NCBI GenBank assembly: GCA_017626095.1
Contig: JAGAJL010000013.1
Coordinates: 15,974 to 79,973 of the forward strand
Direction: 5' to 3'
DNA from: Lachnospiraceae bacterium
Lineage (GTDB): Bacteria; Bacillota; Clostridia; Lachnospirales; Lachnospiraceae
DNA length: 64,000 nucleotides
Shown: positions 60,199-64,000 of the stretch, one piece after another
How positions within the stretch are numbered: position 1 is the stretch's first letter
Layout of the letters: each line of letters begins with the position of its first letter
Notes under the pieces: model-generated
The model's input: only the letters and a program-made list of their open reading frames with translations
What the model was told of the DNA's origin: nothing
Database searches by the model: none
Translations under genes and position numbers: made by a program

Positions 60199-60644
60199 TA
60201 TCCCCGCCGCCATGGGAACTGCGCATATATTGTACTTGTAGACCGATTTTGCAGACGCTCTGCCACGTTTCTCACAAAGTTCGCAATCTTTGCGGGATGC
60301 AAGTCATCCTTACAGAAATATATATCTTTGCCGCCTCGTACTTCGGTTTCTAGACTTTCTAAGCGGCATGCTCACAAAAGTATTATTAAATGCCCGGTTT
60401 CAAAACTCAGGCTTCGTCTTCAGACAGTTGAAACCGGGCATTCCTTTTTGTTCGCCATGCCGCTAAGAAAGTCACAAAACCTCGTAAAAGCCGGCGGCCA
60501 AAGATATATAATTTTCTGTTTGGACGACTTGCCATGTCCCCAAAGTTGCGAATAATAGAAAGTGAGAAACGTTGGCAGAGAAATAAGTCTGCAACTAAGG
60601 TCAAAAGTACAATATATGCGCAGTTCCCATGGCGGCGGGGATAC
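60198..60644. mobile_element. Full-length family A element: 447-bp MITE-like rod palindrome (copy 3)
   Basis: Perfect 40-bp TIR at 60198-60237 / 60605-60644 with near-continuous nested pairing to the apex; possible TA duplication. Confidence 0.8.
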
Positions 60645-60668
60645 AAATCAGAAACAAAGGTCAAAATA

Positions 60669-61691
60669 TCAGATTTTTGCCTTCAGGCATCCGATGTTTT
60701 TTATTAAGACCGAAACACTTCCGTCGCTTTCGGTAATAAATTCCACGCTGGAAGGGTCGTTATATTCCTTCATGGGAATTTTTATTTCAATACCGGAATC
60801 GGTCTTTAAAACCTGCGTCTCGTATTTGCGGACCGTTTTTTCACTCTGCGGTTTGATCTCCTCATGAACCATATCGTATTTTTCCATTTTTTCCTGAAAT
60901 TCATGCTTCAGATCCGGTTTTTCTTCAAAAATCTTTTCTGCAATATGCTCTACCGTAAATCCTCCGTTTTCCTCTAACTCCTCATGGATGATATTTTTGG
61001 CTTTCATATTGGCCTCAAACTGACAGCTTTCATCATAATAACCGTTCTGCACACTCTCTACGGCACGGCTGACAATGGAAAGCTTGGATTTGGGTGATAA
61101 CTTTCCGGAGCACTTCAAAAACAGATAAGTAAAGTAATTGGTCTTTTCTCCGTTCACATCATATTTTTTTTCGATGGCATAGACATTCAAATCCTTTAAC
61201 TGAATAATGGCAGCTTCCTGAAGGCGCTGGCTTTCTGTGGGAAGAATGGATTTATATTTAATGATCTGGTTTTCGTTTTTTTCTTCCACGGACTGTGTTC
61301 TGTGAGTATAAAACTCTTTATAATTCATCTTAAGTAACGCAAGATACGATTCTTCTTTTGCATCAAAGCGTACTACCATTAAGTCAGCAGGAGGAATGTC
61401 AATATTACTGTTCATAATCTGATATAAATAATTTGCCATATCCTTACTGATATCAATAAAATATTCTTCATCATATTGGATCAGCATTTTATATACTTCC
61501 GATTCTTCTTTGTAAAACTGACAGCTCTTACAGTCATCTCCGGATACAATTTTATAGATATGCTCTCTCAAAAACTCAGCAAGGTCAGATCCAAATTCCA
61601 ATTCGCTATCCGACAAAACCGGCATACCGACAGAAGAATCCAAAATATGTACAATTACTCTTTTAATTCGAATATCATCTTTTAACATCAT
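60669..61691 (-). CDS. Nucleoid-associated protein (NA37/YejK-like family)
   Basis: IVHILDS, IPPADL, LALLKMNYK, LKTDSGIEIKIP. Confidence 0.7.
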   Translation of the reverse strand: MMLKDDIRIKRVIVHILDSSVGMPVLSDSELEFGSDLAEFLREHIYKIVSGDDCKSCQFYKEESEVYKMLIQYDEEYFIDISKDMANYLYQIMNSNIDIPPADLMVVRFDAKEESYLALLKMNYKEFYTHRTQSVEEKNENQIIKYKSILPTESQRLQEAAIIQLKDLNVYAIEKKYDVNGEKTNYFTYLFLKCSGKLSPKSKLSIVSRAVESVQNGYYDESCQFEANMKAKNIIHEELEENGGFTVEHIAEKIFEEKPDLKHEFQEKMEKYDMVHEEIKPQSEKTVRKYETQVLKTDSGIEIKIPMKEYNDPSSVEFITESDGSVSVLIKNIGCLKAKI

Positions 61692-61794
61692 TTCAACCAC
61701 TCTCTTTTTCCTTGGTTTTCAAATTTATATTTCGCTACTCTTTTTACAATTGTGTTGCTCTAAAAATTGCTGTTTTACTCACAGATTTTCTTTT

Positions 61795-62742
61795 CTATAT
61801 AGCCCCAAAACACTTTAACAAAAACAACCACAAAGTCAGACTGACCGCACTAAACAATGTAGTACAAACCACGGTACTCGATGTCAGTACACCTTCATGT
61901 CCCATATTTTTTGCCATAATATAACAGCTTGGTGTGGTTGCCGATCCGAGCATGACCAAAATCGCAACCATTTTTTCTCCTCCAAACCCCATATAAAATG
62001 CTATCGGAAGGAAAATTGCCGGCCAGACAAATAATTTTGTTACCGTACAAATAATGGTCGGTTTGATTTTTTTGATTGCTTTTTTTCCTTCAAATCCCGC
62101 TCCCAGACCGATTAAAGCAAGCGGTGATGCCAAAACAGAAAAATTATAAAGCGTTTTATCCAGAATAAAGGGCAACTCAAAATGCAGAACAGATGCAAAC
62201 ATTCCTATAAAAATACTGATAATAATGGGATTCTTTGCAATATCAGTCAATGATTTTTTGAGACTTTCTTTTGACAGATGATGCTCACCCGGCCCTGTAA
62301 AAGATAAAATCACAACGGCCATGACATTGTAAAGAGGTACCGTTCCGATAATCATAAGCGGTGCCATCTGGGATGTCCCGTAAATATTCTGAATAAAGGC
62401 AAGACCTAAAACCGCAGCACTGCTCCGATAACAGGCCTGCGAAAACTCTCCGACCAAATCCTTATTCTTTATAAAAATACTACTTAACATCCACATCGAA
62501 AGAATACTGAATGCCGTTACAAAAAAACAAAATAAAACATACCTGCTATCCCATACCGATGAAAAATCGGAATGAAGAAGATCCTCAAAAAGCATAGCCG
62601 GCAAGGTAATGCGGAAATTAAATTTATTTAATGTCTTTACAAAAGGCTCGTCCAAAAGCCCGGTCTGTTTGAGCAGATAGCCTATCAGCATGGTTAAAAA
62701 GACCGGAATGGTTGCATTCAGCGAAAAAAGTAAATTCTCCAT
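61795..62742 (-). CDS. AEC (auxin efflux carrier) family transporter
   Basis: About 10 TMs; PVFL, LPAMLF, NPIII, PLALI. Confidence 0.88.
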   Translation of the reverse strand: MENLLFSLNATIPVFLTMLIGYLLKQTGLLDEPFVKTLNKFNFRITLPAMLFEDLLHSDFSSVWDSRYVLFCFFVTAFSILSMWMLSSIFIKNKDLVGEFSQACYRSSAAVLGLAFIQNIYGTSQMAPLMIIGTVPLYNVMAVVILSFTGPGEHHLSKESLKKSLTDIAKNPIIISIFIGMFASVLHFELPFILDKTLYNFSVLASPLALIGLGAGFEGKKAIKKIKPTIICTVTKLFVWPAIFLPIAFYMGFGGEKMVAILVMLGSATTPSCYIMAKNMGHEGVLTSSTVVCTTLFSAVSLTLWLFLLKCFGAI

Positions 62743-62767
62743 AACAAAATTATTATATGTTTCAAAT

Positions 62768-63307
62768 TCAAAAAAGTAAAGAATAAGTGCTCTGCGCCAA
62801 AATTACGCTGGCTATGGTTCCGGCTAATGTTGCCAGCAAAGCTCCGCTTAATGTAAAACGTACTTTTTGTACTTTTGCAGCCATGAAATAAACGGACATA
62901 GTATAAAAAATCGTTTCTGTCGAACTCATCATCAGAGATGTCATTAAACCAATTTTTGAATCCGGTCCATATTGTTTAAAAATATCTAAAACCAGGCCTG
63001 TTGCGGCAGAAGAAGAAAACATTTTTACGAATGTCAGAGGAACCAGATCGCCGGGAAATCCAATTGGATTGGTAATGTTTCCCAAAAATCCACCCCAAAA
63101 TTCCAAAATACCGGAAGCCCGTAGAATTCCTACCGCAATCATTAAACCAATCAGTGTCGGCATGATTCCAACAACCGTTTTCAATCCTTCTTTTACCCCT
63201 TTGATAAAAACATCATAGACCGGCGTTTTGGCCGCAAAACCATAAGCCACAATGTAAAAGATAAAAACCGGGATCATTAAATTAGATAAATTTGCCAACA
63301 CTCTCAT
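62768..63307 (-). CDS. spmB: Spore maturation protein B
   Basis: VYDVFIKG, PTLIGLM, YGPDS, SSTETIFYT. Confidence 0.9.
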   Translation of the reverse strand: MRVLANLSNLMIPVFIFYIVAYGFAAKTPVYDVFIKGVKEGLKTVVGIMPTLIGLMIAVGILRASGILEFWGGFLGNITNPIGFPGDLVPLTFVKMFSSSAATGLVLDIFKQYGPDSKIGLMTSLMMSSTETIFYTMSVYFMAAKVQKVRFTLSGALLATLAGTIASVILAQSTYSLLF

Positions 63308-63984
63308 TCTTTTCTACCCATATCCATGATTTTACAAAAAATGACTGCCGTCAGTGTACTGATCAAGGTCGCAAGAATTGCCGGCACGATAATTACCGCG
63401 GGATTTCTGCTTCCGTACTGGCTTCGATAGGCAATGATATTCACCGGAATTAACTGAAGAGAAGAAATATTCATAATCAAAAAAATACACATTTCATTGC
63501 TGGCAATATCCAGATGTGTGTCTTTTTGCTCATCTCCTTTTTGCTTTATGCCGTGACAATTTTTATAATTGCATATCTTATCCTGCAATTGTCCATTTTT
63601 ATTTTTCTCGCCTTCCCTTTTCAGCGCCGCCAGCTCTTCCATCGCTTTTAGTCCGGCAGGCGTAGCGGCCCATCCCAATCCCAGAATATTGGCAATAAAA
63701 TTGACGGAAATATATTGGAAAGCTTTATGCTCTTTCGGAATTCTCGGAAACAAAAACCGTAAAACCGGGGTTAAAAGTCTTGTCAAACCACCTACCAGCC
63801 CCGATTCTTTGGCAACTTCCATCAGTCCGGTCCAAAAGCCCACAATTCCCAGCATTGTGATGCATAATTCCACCGCTTCTTTTGCCGAATCGATAACTCC
63901 GCCTGATATTTCTGCCATATTTCCACAAAATGCACCATATGCGATTCCGACTAAAATCATAAATGCCCAGATATAATTCAGCAT
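63304..63984 (-). CDS. spmA: Spore maturation protein A
   Basis: MLNYIW, FWTGLM, ANILGLGWAATPAGLKAM, SSLQLIP. Confidence 0.92.
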   Translation of the reverse strand: MLNYIWAFMILVGIAYGAFCGNMAEISGGVIDSAKEAVELCITMLGIVGFWTGLMEVAKESGLVGGLTRLLTPVLRFLFPRIPKEHKAFQYISVNFIANILGLGWAATPAGLKAMEELAALKREGEKNKNGQLQDKICNYKNCHGIKQKGDEQKDTHLDIASNEMCIFLIMNISSLQLIPVNIIAYRSQYGSRNPAVIIVPAILATLISTLTAVIFCKIMDMGRKE

Positions 63985-64000
63985 ATTTTATATCCGTTTC

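Noticed and set aside
63510-63630. Hydrophilic insertion in SpmA
   Set aside because: In-frame variable loop with no intein or mobile-element features.

Overview
Core-chromosome segment of a low-GC, spore-forming anaerobic Firmicute (Lachnospiraceae-like Clostridia); most genes are on the minus strand. It contains the start of the F0F1 ATP synthase operon, upp/rpiB/tsaC, cell-wall and spore hydrolases, mecA, a polar amino-acid ABC operon, a pyruvate formate-lyase locus, rpsF-ssb-rpsR and gdpP-rplI-dnaB, several c-di-GMP and chemotaxis genes, a pentose (xylose-type) catabolic cluster, the large SRP RNA, tadA, metG and spmAB. No transposase, integrase, tRNA, rRNA or CRISPR array was seen. Two things stand out. 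(1) PFL is natively split: PflB stops before its glycyl-radical domain, which is a separate 81-aa gene. Between them is a 66-aa ORF that copies the docking helix and beta-strand of the glycyl-radical subunit but replaces the radical Gly loop with a Cys-rich tail, a candidate decoy/placeholder subunit. (2) There are several non-coding, rod-shaped palindromic repeats (up to 447 bp), one family with compensatory base changes between copies. Candidate cis-regulatory RNAs and an sRNA are also reported. All calls are by eye from the sequence and ORF track; no database search was run.
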